NCBI RefSeq assembly: GCF_963921235.1 | Contig: NC_086118.1 | Span: 22,136,001 to 22,196,000, forward strand | DNA length: 60,000 bases | Reading direction: 5' to 3' | Origin: Mobula hypostoma | Lineage: Eukaryota | Shown here: positions 13,695 through 26,390 of the stretch, in pieces | How positions within the stretch are numbered: position 1 is the stretch's first letter | How the letters are laid out: the number at the start of each line of letters is the position of its first letter | Program-made: the position numbers and the translations under genes | Notes under the pieces: model-generated | Told to the model about the DNA's origin: nothing | Database searches by the model: none | Seen by the model: the letters and a program-made list of their open reading frames with translations, nothing else

Positions 13695-13906
13695 TTAAAA
13701 TCGCAAACACGAGGAAATCGGCAGACGCTGGAATTTCAAACAACACACATCAAAGTTGCTGGTGAATACAGCAGGCCAGGCAGCATCTCTAGGAAGAGGT
13801 ACAGTTGACATTTCAGTCTGAGACCCTTCATCTGAAACGTCGACTGTACCTCTTCCTAGAGATGCCGCCTGGCCTGCTGCATTCACCAGCAACTTTTATG
13901 AGTGTT
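13695..13906. mobile_element. Palindromic Penelope-derived insertion inside the Gypsy 5' LTR
   Basis: 75-bp inverted arms 13742-13816 and 13832-13906; 15-bp TSD AGTAGACATGTTATT at 13680-13694 and 13907-13921. Confidence 0.85.
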
Positions 13907-14684
13907 AGTAGACATGTTATTCCCAGCTCCTTGTTTGTTTTTGAAATAGTTTTATGCTTTGGGGTTACACAACATAACATGGCGACAAGTAAGCTTTAAA
14001 ATGAGCCTTCCTGTTGGAGCGCAGTGCGACATTAGAGTTTTTTTTTAAAGTGCAGCTTGTTTTCTTTGCATGAGGAGAGAAATGGTCAAGTTAAAAAAAC
14101 GTGCAGCATGATTTTTCTTCACAGAAGGCAGAAAATGGATGAAATTCACAAAATCATTAACAGTGAGTACCGGGTGATAATCGCACAACAGATAACTGGC
14201 TGATGTGTACTGAGCAAATTGAGCAGTATTTTAAAGCAAATGAAATAACAAATGAGAAATGGGTGCCAGTTTGCTGGAATGCAATAGGTGGTAGAGAATA
14301 CAGTTTGCTCAGAAGTTTAACTGCTCCAACCAAACCAGCTGAAATGAATGTTGTTGATATCATGAAAATAATACAGGAACATTCAGAACTGAAACCATTG
14401 TTGGTTACAGATCACTTTAGGTTTCGTAAGCTGTATCAAAATGAAGGGGAATCCATTTCAGCTTACTTTGTTAAATTGAAGAAATTGAGCATTGCTAGTT
14501 CAGTGATGGACTTAATGATGTGATGAGAGATAGATTAGTTTGTGGAATCTTACAAGAAAGCATTCAAAAATAGCTCCTAACTGAAGCTCAATTCACACTT
14601 AAAAGAGCAGTTGAAATCACTGTATCAATGGATATAGCAGACAGAGATAGAATTGAGTTGCAGTCAGGAATGAAAGTGAGCATG

Positions 14685-15517
14685 CTTGTCTGGAGTTACA
14701 ATGGCACACAATAGCAACTCCTTTGAGTTCATCTATGAAAACAGTTTAATTTCTCCCTTTGATGTCTCTCTTTTGCCTTTGCAGGGTGGATAGGGTTCTG
14801 CTGAAAACTCTGACCTGGAGTTACACTCAGACTTCAGTTCTTTGTCATGGTGGGAAACACTTCCAGGGGATCATGATCAACTGCTTTTCGAAATCCCAGG
14901 AATGTGACCTGGAAGACGAGAGTGCCTTCAGGGTTCCAATGTTTCATGGCCCTGTTGACGAGTTGATTCTAAGCTGGTGGCACTGACTGAAGTGACGTGG
15001 GAGAGAACGGAACATCAAGAACAGTGGATTGGCTGTTAGAGGCTCTGCTCTCAGTGAATCATGCTCTCTCTTTCTCTTTTGTTGGTGGGGGAGAGCTTGT
15101 TGCCAATTCTCTGGTCGGAGAACTCAGAAAAGAAAGTGGCGTGGCGGACTTTTAACACCATAAATCAGAGAGTTGTTTTGTTATGTCTCCCCTCTCGCTG
15201 TGAAAGGGTGGCACCTCTCTGTCGCTTTATTGGAGAGCCTGTGGTATGCTGAATTGTCGTGTGAACGATTAATTTTTGTTGTACTGCAGATCATGGTCTT
15301 GGTTTGGGGCTTTGGTAATTCATGCTTGGTGGGTGGAGGATGCTGACTTTTTTTTTGTGGAAGTGGGTGGGGTGGGGGAGGGTCATTGCTGTCCTGCTGC
15401 CTGTGCATTGGAGAGCAGAGATTGGGGGCCCTGGGGTTCTAACATTTTAACTATCACTCATTCGCTGGGGCACTCTTCTGTTTCCTTGGATGTCTGCGAA
15501 GAACAAAAATTTCAGGA
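14685..15517 (+). mobile_element. Non-coding non-autonomous retroelement inside Gypsy copy 1
   Basis: Sits between gag and integrase; 5' end resembles 37790-37850; LINE-like tail GATGTCTGCGAAGAACAAAAATTTCAGG. Confidence 0.5.
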
Positions 15518-16919
15518 TTCATGTGGATTTTGCTGGAACATTCATGGGTACAAATTACTTGGTAGTAGTGGAAGCAGGTACACAATGGCCAGAAGAGTTC
15601 CCAAGAGCCTCCACCACAACCTCACACACTGTTGGTGTGTTAAGAAGCTTCTTCTCAAAGACTGGTGTTCCAAAACACTTAGTCAGTGACAATGGACCAC
15701 CGCTAAATTGCAGAACAGTTTCAGATTTTTTCTGAAAATTAATGGAATAAGATATACCACCCAGTTACATATGGCTTGTCAGAATGTTTTGGCCAGTGTC
15801 TATAGAACACACTGCGAGCAATGTCAACAGAATGCACTACGCTAACACTGAATCAGAAGCTCACCAAGTTCCTCTTTACATATCACAATGCAGCACATTC
15901 CACACCTGACAACTCAACAGCTATGCTGCTTCTGGAACATCCCTCGTGCTCACGCTTGGATCTCCTCGTATCCAGTCTCCAAAGAAGTATGCGGAGCAAA
16001 CAGCTGAGAGAAACTGAAGGGTCCTCAACCAAGGAGGTTCAATGTTTCACATTTGGACGAGCAGTGCTGGTGAGGGACTACAGATGTGATCAAAAATGGG
16101 TACTTGGGAAGATAAAGGACAGAAATGGACCACTCTCCTACACTGTGGAGATCATGTCCGATGTCACCTGGAGACAACACATCAATGAGTCGAGGAGAGC
16201 AGAGTCCATTTTTAGGGAAGAACGGTGTCCAGAGCTGTCAGAACCACTTCCTGCGTTCTCACAGTCAACTCCTACAACCACCACTGGTTTGGGCTCAGAA
16301 CCTGAGATTGTTTATTTGCCAAGCAGAGTGACGCAACCCCTGTCAGGAAAGACATTATCCCATAAGATTAAGACACCTTCCACAGTGATAAAGTCTTTCG
16401 GCCTGAACGGGATATGTTTAAATTTACTATGTTGTAGATATCTATATAGTAATTATATTATATGGAATATTGTAAATATATAATTGTATATATGTATATA
16501 AGTTGAGATGTATTGTATATTGAGTTGGAATTTATAGCTAAGCATGAAGGATCATTGTGTATTTAATAGTTCAGTAATATTTGTGTTATATGGTAAATAA
16601 ATTGTTTGGTGAAGCATTCTTTATTGTTTACATAATTCATTACAGGTTACATGTAAAAGTACACAAATGGCATACAACATTACACCACCACGTCGTAAGT
16701 GCATGTCCCACTAAAGTAAAACTAAGAGTAGGCACATTATTCCTGGCTATGTCTTTTTTGTTCGACTAGTTTTATGTTTTGGAGTTACAAAATATAACAA
16801 ATGTGTTGGTGCTTTTCTGGACTGGCAGCTTATCCCGACATGGGCATCATCTCAGCCATGTTGAACAAATAACAGCAATCCTGTTTCTTGAGAACTCTAA
16901 AAAGTGTTCCTCCTTTTCA

Positions 16920-17335
16920 CAGCCCCAGTGCACCTCAGGCAAAGCCCTCCACTGAGTGCTTTGACAAGAAAGGAGCATCCATCAAAAAGACCTCACCGCC
17001 CAGACCATGCCCTCTTTTTGCTACTATCATTCTGCAGAATGTACAGAAAGCTTGGATCCCATAGCATCAGGGTCAGGAATAGATCTTACCCTACAACTGT
17101 CAGGCTTCTAAACTGGTGTTAATAATTTCATTCACCACGACTCTGAATTGATTCTATGACCTACAGTCCTGTAGATCTACAAACTACAGGACTCTCTACA
17201 ACTCATGTTTTTTTAGCATTATTTTTATTCACACATTTTGCCTTCTTTTGACATTGCTGTTTGTCAGTCTTTTACTGTTTATGGACTGTGTATCTTTTTC
17301 ATAAAGTTCTATTGCAACCAATGGGAAAAAAGAAT
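16920..17335 (+). mobile_element. Old Rex1/Babar 3' fragment
   Basis: PHRPDHALFLLLSFCRMYRKL...RNRSYPTTVRLLN C-terminal motif. Confidence 0.7.
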
Positions 17336-17819
17336 CAAGATTCATTTGCGAACCTTTAATTGACACAATTAAACAGTGGGTGTTAAAGTGATGCCAGAAC
17401 ATTAATGCCAATAAATTTTTGTAACGGTTTGGAAAACTCGTATTTGTGCCAAACCATCATCTGACTCTAACCTCTGTTTCTTCTTTTATGATCCTTCTTA
17501 CCTTCAGCTCCGTGGGCATAAGCAAACAAAACCATCATTCATTACAAAGCAGAAGAGACTTTACTGCGTGATGTCTGGTCAGTTAGTTAGCAGTATGTGA
17601 AGGTGACAAATCTTTTTTTTATAGGTTTTTCAGTACCCTCAACCTCGCTATAAAACCAATAAAGGAAAGAACAGCAATAAGATTAAAAGTCATGAGGGAA
17701 GACAAGCTTTCCATTCTTTGTGAGAATAACCTATCTTTGATATCCTTTGTATTCTTTCATCTTACGACCATAGAATTATGTCGCTATGTATTAGCCATGC
17801 CTGTCCTGGGAAAAAGTCT

Positions 17820-19720
17820 CTGGCCGTCAAAGTTCAAAATTCTAGTCAATTTATTATCATATTTATATATATATATATATACGTATGTTTGTCACTGTAT
17901 ACTATCTCAGATTCATTTCCTTCTGGGCATTTGCAGTAGAAACAAAGAAATATAATAGTATCAATGAAAAATGACACACAATGACTAACAAACTTCCAAT
18001 ATGCAATAGAAGACAAATTGTGCAAATTAAAAAAAATAATTAGTAAGTTAATAAATAATATTGCGAACATGAGTTATCAAGTCCTCGAAAGTGAGTTCAT
18101 AAATTGAGGAATCATGTCAGTGTTGAGATAAGTGAAGTTATCCATGCTGGTTCAGGAGCCTGATGGTTAAATGGTAATAACTGTTCCTGAACACAAAAAA
18201 AGATGGCGTCAGTGAACAATGCTACCCTGGGAGACAGCTTCAAGATAGCCAACAAAACTGTTTCTTTCACTTCTGTTACATCTTCTTTTTATTTTAAATG
18301 TGCTTCTGGTCCTGTTAGAGCTTGTGATCTACAGTTTGAAGATGGATTAAGTGATCGGGTGCTTTGCTGTCTCCAAGATGACTCCAGGAGGTGGGCGGCC
18401 TCGAGGCCGAGGAGCTTAGAGACCATGATCGACTCCATTTCTTGCTGATCTCGCCAATTAAAGCATCAAGGAATATTGAAATATCGAGGCAGATGCAGAT
18501 GGCAAGTGAGTGTTCAACGCTGTCTACCAGCCTCTCACTCACTGCTACCAGAGGAAGGTGGATGTGTGTGACAGTCTCTCGCTCGCTGGTCCAAAGGGAA
18601 GGCCCCCGTGTTCATGTGACCTCTCACTCCCTCAATGCTGTCAGAGGATGGTACTGAAGTTCTGGGTCTGCAATTTATTGATTGGACTGTAGCTCACTTG
18701 GACTCTTCCAGTTTTATGTTTTTATATTCTGTGTTTTCACAGATTCTTTCTCATTGCTGTTTGTGTGAAATGGTACTTTGCACTTGGGGGAGTTGATGTT
18801 TTTCTTTGAATGGCTTCCATGGTTTCCTTTTCTCGTCGAATCTTAGAGCTGAATGCTGTATACATACTTTGATAATAAATGTACCTTGAACCTTGAATCA
18901 TGGTGTGAGACATAAGTTCCTGTACCTCCTTCCTGATGACAGCAGCGAGAAGAAAGCATGGCCTGGATGGCAGGGGTCTTTGGTGATGGATCAAATCGAA
19001 TCAAATTGAAGTTTAATTATCATTCAACCAGACATGAATGAAGCCGAATGAAACAGCTTTCCTCCGGGGTCAAATTGCAAAACATATACCACACATGAAT
19101 CAGAATAGCGAGCAAAAAAACATAGTCACGCAAAAAAAACATATCTGTAGCCCAAGTCCCTGAGTGACATGTCCCACAGATTGATGGTGTAGTTCTTGGC
19201 TGTGCGCAGCCACTGCAATCCAGTCTGTCATTTCACTGATTGAACACTAGAAGGCAGCACCTACTGGAGAGGCTAGCCCCCAGTTTAGCACAGATGCCTT
19301 GCGACATCACCTCCAGTTTCTCCTTTCCTGGACTGCAGCAGCAAGCCCACAGCTTCAGGCTTAGTCCTCACTACAACTGAGGCTACGCAGCTTCCCCGCC
19401 ACCTGTCGTGCCACCAAACAAGGGTAACAGGCCTGCAGCATCTTACATTATCACTGTCTAACAGGATCTTGCAGTTGCAAGCTGCTTTCCTGTGCCTGGA
19501 CTCCTTGTAGATGTGTTGAATAGTGGAAAGGACTTCTGCTGTGATGGACTGGACTGTATCCACTACTTTTTGTGGGATCCCCATTCTTGGACATTGGTGT
19601 TTGTATAATCAGGCCACAATACATCTCAGTCAGGATACTCAACACTGTACATCTATAGAAGTTTGTCAAAATTTTAGATGATATGCTGAATCTGAGAAAG
19701 TAGAGGCGCTGCCATGCCTT
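17820..19720 (-). mobile_element. Cluster of Rex1/Babar 3' fragments carrying nested insertions
   Basis: TNFYRCTVLSILT (19451-19669) and HHQRPLPSRPCFL remnants; interrupted at 18200-18899 and ~18995-19470. Confidence 0.6.
18200..18899 (+). mobile_element. Non-autonomous LINE-tailed element starting AAGATGGCG
   Basis: AAGATGGCG 5' end, no recognisable ORF, ends AATAAATGTACCTTGAACCTTGAA. Confidence 0.55.
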
Positions 19721-19739
19721 ATTTGATACATGCCTTTTG

Positions 19740-22621
19740 TCTTATCAACTGTCAATTTGCCTCTCATTCTCCTTCCCTTCAAAGAGGAAAGCCCTATCTT
19801 GTTCAACCTATCCTCCTAAGACATACTTTCTAATCCAGGCATCATCTGAGCAAGTCTCCTCTGCACCCTCTCTAAATCTTCCACATCCTTCCTATAATGA
19901 AGTGACCAGAACAAAACCCAATACTTCAAGTGTGGTCTAAACAGACTTTTATAGAGCTGCAACATCATCTTGTGGCTCTTGAACTCCACCCTTTGAGTAA
20001 TGGAGGCCAACATACCAAATTCGGTGGGAGGAGAGAGAGCAGCGTGTCGTGTGCGCGCAGCCCTCCGATGAAAATGATATCGTATCCGTTAAATAGGGGC
20101 TGTGGACAATTCTGATTTGATGGAGACAGACATGAAAGCACAAAGGAACATCTGGAGAAATTTCTGAAATGCCAGTTCGCTGCTGTTGTTCGCTGCACGA
20201 TCGAGAATCTTCCAGAGGGAAGGCCTCAAAATCCCCAGCTTTGCCTGCTGCTGGCGACCGAGATTCAGGTCGAATCATTCGGATAGAGATGGCGCTTGGT
20301 ACTCAGAGTCGGAGGGCTGATCGGAGGCTCGAAGTTTTCGGACGACTCAGAGTCGGACTGTGGTTGGGCATGGCAGAGAAAAATTTTCTTCCTTCTCCCG
20401 TCTGTGTGAGATGTGGGACATTCGAGAGACTTTGAACTTTTTACTGTGCTCATGGACTGTTCTTCATCAAGTTATGGTATTGTTGTACTGTTGTAACTAT
20501 ATGATGTAATTCTGTGGTTTTGTTAGTTTTTTCAGTCTTGGTCTGTCCTGTGTTTTGTGATATCACACATGAGGAAATATTGTATCATTTCTTAATGCAT
20601 GCATTACTAAATGACAATAAAAGAGTACTGCGTGTCCTCATAATCTAAAATAATTCCTTTTTGATCATGCTATCAGCTTGTGCAACAACTTTGAGGGATC
20701 TATGGATATGAACCCCAAGATTCCACTGTTTCTTCACACCACCATTAAACATGTATTCTGCTTTCAAGTTTCATCTACCAGGTAGATCACTTCACGCTTT
20801 TCCAGGCTGTACTCCATCTGCCACTTCTCAGCCCAGCTCTGTATCCCGCCAATGTGCCATTGTAACCTACAACAGCCTTCTACACTATCCACAATACCAT
20901 CAACCTTTGTGTCATCTGCAGACTTATTAACACACCCTTCCACTTCCTCATCCCAGTAAATTATAAATATCCCAAAGATCAGAGATCCCAGCACAGGTCA
21001 CTGTGGAACATCGCTGGTCACTGATCTCCAGGCAGATTATGGCCTCTCTACTAGCACCATTTGCCTTCTGAGGAGAAGCCAATTCTGAATTCATACAGAC
21101 AGTTTTCCCTGGATTCCATGTCTCCTGACTTTCTAAATAAATCTGCCATGGGGAACATTATCAAATGTCTTACTAAAATCCATTATACATATTATCCACT
21201 GATTTGTCTTCGCCGATATGTTTTGTCAATTATTTGAAGAATTCAATCAGGCTCGTGAGACACAAAGCTATGTTGTTTATCCTTAATCAGACGATGTTAC
21301 TCCAAATGCTTGTAAGTTTTGTCTTTAAGTATCCTCTGCATAGTTTTCCCACCACTGGTGTAAGACTCACTGTTCTATAATTCCCAGAGTTATCCCTACT
21401 TCCTTTTCCCTTTTTTGTACGAAGGAATATTTGCCACCGTCTAATTATCTGTTACTACTCCTGTGGCATGTGAGAATGCAAAGATTATTGCCAAAAGTGC
21501 AGCAATTTCTTCCCTCACTTCCTGTAGTAACCTGGGATATATCCCGTCTGGCTCCAGGTGCTTATCTATCCTAATGTTTATCAAAAATTCCATCAAATCC
21601 CTTTTTTAACATCTTGTTGTACAATGACCTCACATTCATCAAGGTCCTTTTCACTGGTGAATACTGAAGCAAAGTATCCATTAAGGACCTTCCCTGGTTC
21701 CTTCAATTGCAGGCATATGTTTCCTCTTTAATTCCTGATTGGTCCTACCCTCACTCTAGTCATCCTCCTGTTCTTCAAATATGTGTAGAATGCTGTGGGG
21801 TTTTCCTTAATCCTACTCAACAAGGCCTTCTCATATCCTCCTCTAGCTCTCAAAAATCCATTCTTAAGCTGCTTCCTATCTACCTTATAATTCTCAAGAG
21901 CACTGTCTGATCCTTATTTCCTCAACCTTAAGTATAATTCCTTCTTCCTCTTGACTAGATGTTTGGCATCTTTTGTCAATCATGATTCCTTCACCCTACC
22001 ATCATTTCCCTGTCTCAGTAGGACAAACCTATCCAGAACTCTAGGTAAGTACTCCTAAACAACTCCCACATTTTTATTGTGCATTTTCCTGAATACATCT
22101 GTTCCCAATTTACACTTGCGAGTTTCTGCCTAATAGCATCATAATTTACCCAATTAAATACTTCCCTATATTGTCTGCTCCTATCACTGACCAAGGCTAT
22201 GACGAATGCCGGGGTGTTGTGGTCACTGTGTCTGAAATGAATCACTGAGAGTTCTGTCACCTGACCAGGTTCATTACCCAATACTAGACCCAGTGTGGCT
22301 TCTCCTCCAGTCCACATATTGTGTCAGGAATCATTCCTGGACACATCTAACAAATTCTGCCACATCTAAACCTTTTGTACTCTGGAGTTGCCAATCAATA
22401 TTAGGAAGGCTGAAGTCACCCATGACAACAACCTTATTATATTTACACCTTTCTAAAATCTGCCTCCCGATCTGATCTTCGGTGTTGCTATAATTATTGA
22501 GGATTCCATATAATACACCAAGTGGAGTTATCATTCCCTTCCTGTTTCTGACTTCCACCCACACTGACTCAGTAGTCAATACCTCCACAAAATCCTGCCT
22601 TTTGGCAGCAGTGATACTATC
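19740..22621 (-). mobile_element. CR1 LINE ORF2, decayed and interrupted
   Basis: ESVWVEVRNRKG...VVMGDFSLPNIDW, LGLVLGNEPGQV, KSADDTKVDG and LYKSLFRPHLKY motifs. Confidence 0.9.
20020..20648 (+). mobile_element. CpG-rich non-autonomous retroelement inserted in CR1
   Basis: Sharp composition change; tail AATAAAAGAGTACTGCGTGTCCTCATAATCTAA; CR1 sequence continues on both sides. Confidence 0.6.
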
Positions 22622-23300
22622 TGTAACAAAAATGATTTTAAAACTCGTTCTGTATGCGTTTCTTATTCAGCTCAGGGTACTCACATATGCATTCGCAAAC
22701 AAAGAAGACACCACACACATGTTCAAGGACGCAAGAAAACACTTAATTAGAACTAGCACAAATGCAATAAGAAAGGAAAACAAAGGTAAAAGTAGTAGCA
22801 GCACAAAATCAGGACAATACTTATCATCTGCTAAACTAGCCAATCTCCCCAGTGTCAGAGGGGAGCCACAGATCTGACAATCTGACACACAGCTTGTTTT
22901 CTCTTTCCCTCTCTAGCTCTGACTCAACGTATTCTGACTCGCTCGACATACTTGTCCCTATCTTCTTCGGTTCTTAGCACTAGCACCGACCATGACCTAG
23001 CCTAAGGCAAAGCTCTTTCCTGCACAGAGTGGCTCCTTTATACCCTTCAAAACCTCTTCCTTTTCATCCCGCGATGATACCTGCTGCAGTCCCTTTATCT
23101 CTTATGACCTTCAGCCCAGACAAACATGTTTTTCACCACTTTCCACTATTATAGTTGCAGACTTGTATTTCCTCGATTTTCTCAAAACATTGCCGCGGAC
23201 TGGTTCTCTTGTACTTCCTCAGAACAACCCCACTCCAAGCTAACAACATTTTTATCTTACCATATACCAAGGAGGAATTACATTTAACTCTTTCCTTACA
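22622..23300 (-). mobile_element. Probable solo LTR, unclassified
   Basis: TGTAAC...TTACA termini (alternative end 23316); minus-strand TATA GGGTATAAAGG at ~23035-23045; no clean TSD. Confidence 0.45.
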
Positions 23301-23860
23301 ATTCTTCTTCCTTACAAGCTACTGCCATTAGTGGTGGTGATGGGGTGTTCCCTTCCTGTTTCTGACTTCTACCCACACTGACTCAGTCGATAACCCCTCC
23401 ACAAAATCACGCCTTTCTGCTGACTATTAATGCCATTTCCCCACCACTTTTACCTCCTTCCCTTCCCCTTTTGAAATATTCCGGCTCTTGTGACAGCCAA
23501 ACCTCTGTAATGGCCACAATGTTGATGTTCCATATAGAAGTTGCTTGGTATTTCTTTCTGTGTTGAAGGCACCATATTGACCAATGGACAGATGTATGCA
23601 AATATACTGTATGACATTGGCAAATGTTGCCCAATATACACCATTGGACCAAAAAGTCATATTGAATGACTCACTGGCCAACTCAAGAACCTAGCTGTTG
23701 ATCTTACCTTTTAAATTGAAACTTACCTTTTACTAATCCCTTAATGGGAAGCTATGAGAGTTCACTAGGTTGGAAGAATTGCAAGTGAATTGCTACTTCA
23801 TCTAAAAGGATTGCTTGAGTACCTGTATGATAGATAGGTAAGACATACAATGTTGGGAAC

Positions 23861-24259
23861 TGTTGTTGTGTGAATGGAATCACCGGAGAGAATTACTGTT
23901 AGATACAAAGCAGCTTCTTTATTCGACAAAACAAGGTACAGCAGGCATCATACGGAGATGCTTTCGATGGAAAGGTCTGCTGGCCCATCATGGGGCTCGA
24001 TATTTATTTGCTAAACACAAGTGATAATTCCGTATTTACAAAGTATAGACAATGCTTTATTTTGAAACTACATATTAACTTCACACCTTCTGATTTGCAT
24101 TGATCCCACAGACCCCAGCAGTGACGGGTCTGGGATACACAGCTTTTAGGAATGCATTGTTCCAAATTAAATCCTCAATGCATTATCAAGGAACAGAAGA
24201 CTGGTAGCCAAAGCCATTTGCTAAATGTAAATGACCTAAACGCAAAAATCACTCTAACA
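23861..24259 (-). mobile_element. Solo LTR of the retrovirus-like family
   Basis: Homologous to 54441-55007; TG...CA ends; perfect 5-bp TSD GGAAC at 23856-23860 and 24260-24264. Confidence 0.93.
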
Positions 24260-24349
24260 GGAACCTGGTTTCTTCCAAACTCTTCCATTGAAACCAATGG
24301 AACAGAATTGCAAAGACAGGAAAAAACACCTATTCGTTCTTATGTAGCA

Positions 24350-25520
24350 CATTGAAAAGTCTGTAGGTAGATAAGTCACCTGGACCTCATGGACTACACC
24401 CAAGGGTTCTGAAAGAGATAGCTGAAGCATTAGTATTGATCATGCAAGAATCACTAGATCCTGGAAAGGTTCTGGAGGACTGGAAATTTACAAATGTCAC
24501 CTACACTTTAAGGGGGAGGGAGGTAAAAGAAAGGAAATTATAGGCCAAAGCAACATATTCAGCAGGTCAGGCAGCATCCGTGGAAATAAATGAACAGTTG
24601 ATATTTGGGCAGAAACTCTTCTTTAGGACTGGAAAGAAAGGGGAAAGATGTGGGAATTAAAAGGTGGGAGGGGGAAGAAAGATAGAATGAAGAATGGGAG
24701 AGACCATGGACCATATTCCTTCTGGATAGCCTCTAACTTGTTGGCATGAATATTCACTTCTCTTTCCAGTAAATTAATTTTTTCCATCCCATTCCCTCTT
24801 CTATTTCCCAACCTGCCCTTTTACCTCTTTTAACCTCCCACTGGTGCCCCACTTCCTTCCTTCCTTCCCCTTCTCCTATGGTCCACTCTCCTCTCCAATA
24901 AGATTCCTTCATCTCCAGCCCTTTACCTTCCCCACCCTCCGGGCTTCACCTACCACCTTCTAGCTATCCATCGAGCTGTCCTCTGCTCTCGTCCCCGCCG
25001 ACGCAGCCTTGCTCGACGTCTCAATCGGAGGTTAGTAATGGAGTTGATCATGGGCTCGTACACCATCTCCAGCCTTCCAGACCTCCAGGCTGCACACTTC
25101 GCTTGAAACCTCATAGAACACTTTCGGAGACTGCAACATGCCAGAAACCTCAATCAGCCCAAAAACACACCATCAAAATGTCAGTTATAGGTTCTGATCA
25201 CACGCAGCTTAGTAGAAAATCATTTCTGAAAGAAAAAGAAGTAAATGAAATAAAAGAAGCAGTTCCATGAACTGTCTACAGGATGTGGCTGTTGGTCGCG
25301 TTGTTTGCTGGAGCCATCTTGGGATAGGTTGTGGAGGCCAAGTTATTGGATATATACAATGCAGAGATTGATGGGTTCTTGATTAGTAAGGGCATCAAAG
25401 TTTATGGGTAGAGGGCAAGAGAACGGGGTTGAGAGGGATAATAAATCAGCCATGATGGAATGGCGAAGCAGATTTGATAAGTCAAATCGTCTAATTCTGC
25501 TCTTAGGTCTTATGATCTTT
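24350..25520. mobile_element. Mosaic of CR1 fragments, inverted Penelope pieces and the 5' end of an AAGATGGC element
   Basis: CR1 KSPGP/WKFTNVT-like segment 24350-24545; Penelope-like 24550-24965; GCCATCTT at 25313-25320; CR1 3' tail 25325-25520. Confidence 0.6.
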
Positions 25521-25639
25521 TGGCCTAATATTTAATCTTTTGTTTGTGTATGAATTTCAAAACAAATGTCTGTCAAATTGTTGGCAGGGACCTTTATTAT
25601 CAAATCCATATTGGTTGAATGCTTCCCAGTGCACCTTCA

Positions 25640-26390
25640 CTCAGTTTGTAGTGATGATCCTGAGTCTCCATTTGCCTCTCACTTTAATTTTCCATGACAC
25701 CTCCACTCATTTGATTTGCTATATTGCTTCAGCAAAGCCCAGTGTAAACCTGAGGAACAGCATTTCACTTTCTCTCTAGGCACTTTGTAATTTTTGTGAC
25801 TCAGTCGTAAATTCAACCATTTCAGATTCACCAACCTTTCATGTCTCTGTCAGAACAAGCCAATTCTGATCTTTAATCAGTAATATCAACTTGCTCTTCT
25901 CTCCTTGATGCCTCCTGAACTACTGGATATTTCCTGTATTTGTTTTATATAATATTTTTAATTACTTTTGTGAACTGAATCTTACAGTTTGAATATTGCT
26001 TTTGCTGTTTTCTTTCTCTTCTCTAGCCTTACTCATCCTTCCCTATCTACAACTCCTCAAGATAGATTCAGAATGATTAACAACCCTTTATCACCTTCAA
26101 TCCGACGGCATCAATAGCACCTATACCCTTTGAATCTCCTTGTCTCTGATCTCTTGCTCTCTGCCTCATCAGAGATAATTCCTTTGCTCTCTCTACTTCT
26201 TCCCCCTCCACTGCAACTTAAAACACTCTTGTTTTTCCACTTTTCCAGTTCTGATGAAAAGTCATTGACCTGACACCTTAACTCTGTTTCTCTCTTCACA
26301 GAGGCTGCCTAACCCGGTGAGTATTTCAAGCACTTCTTGTTTTTTACTTCAGATGTCCAGGAATTGCGTTTGCTTTTTGCTTTCAGCCGC
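25640..26390 (+). mobile_element. Old Penelope-derived fragment with degenerate hammerhead
   Basis: LRNSISL/EEQHF-like endonuclease tail; CTGATGA at 26251 followed by GTCATTGACCTGACAC...GCTGCCTAACC. Confidence 0.55.

Larger units (their letters stand above)
13506..16799 (+). mobile_element. Gypsy LTR retrotransposon, internally deleted (copy 1)
   Basis: LTRs 13506-13979 and 16553-16799; PBS remnant TGGCGACAAG at 13980 (tRNA-Ser-GCT type); gag EQYFKANEI...LLRSLTAPTKP; integrase RIHVDFAG...LVSDNGP; imperfect TSD AAAGT/AATGT; protease and RT absent. Confidence 0.88.
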
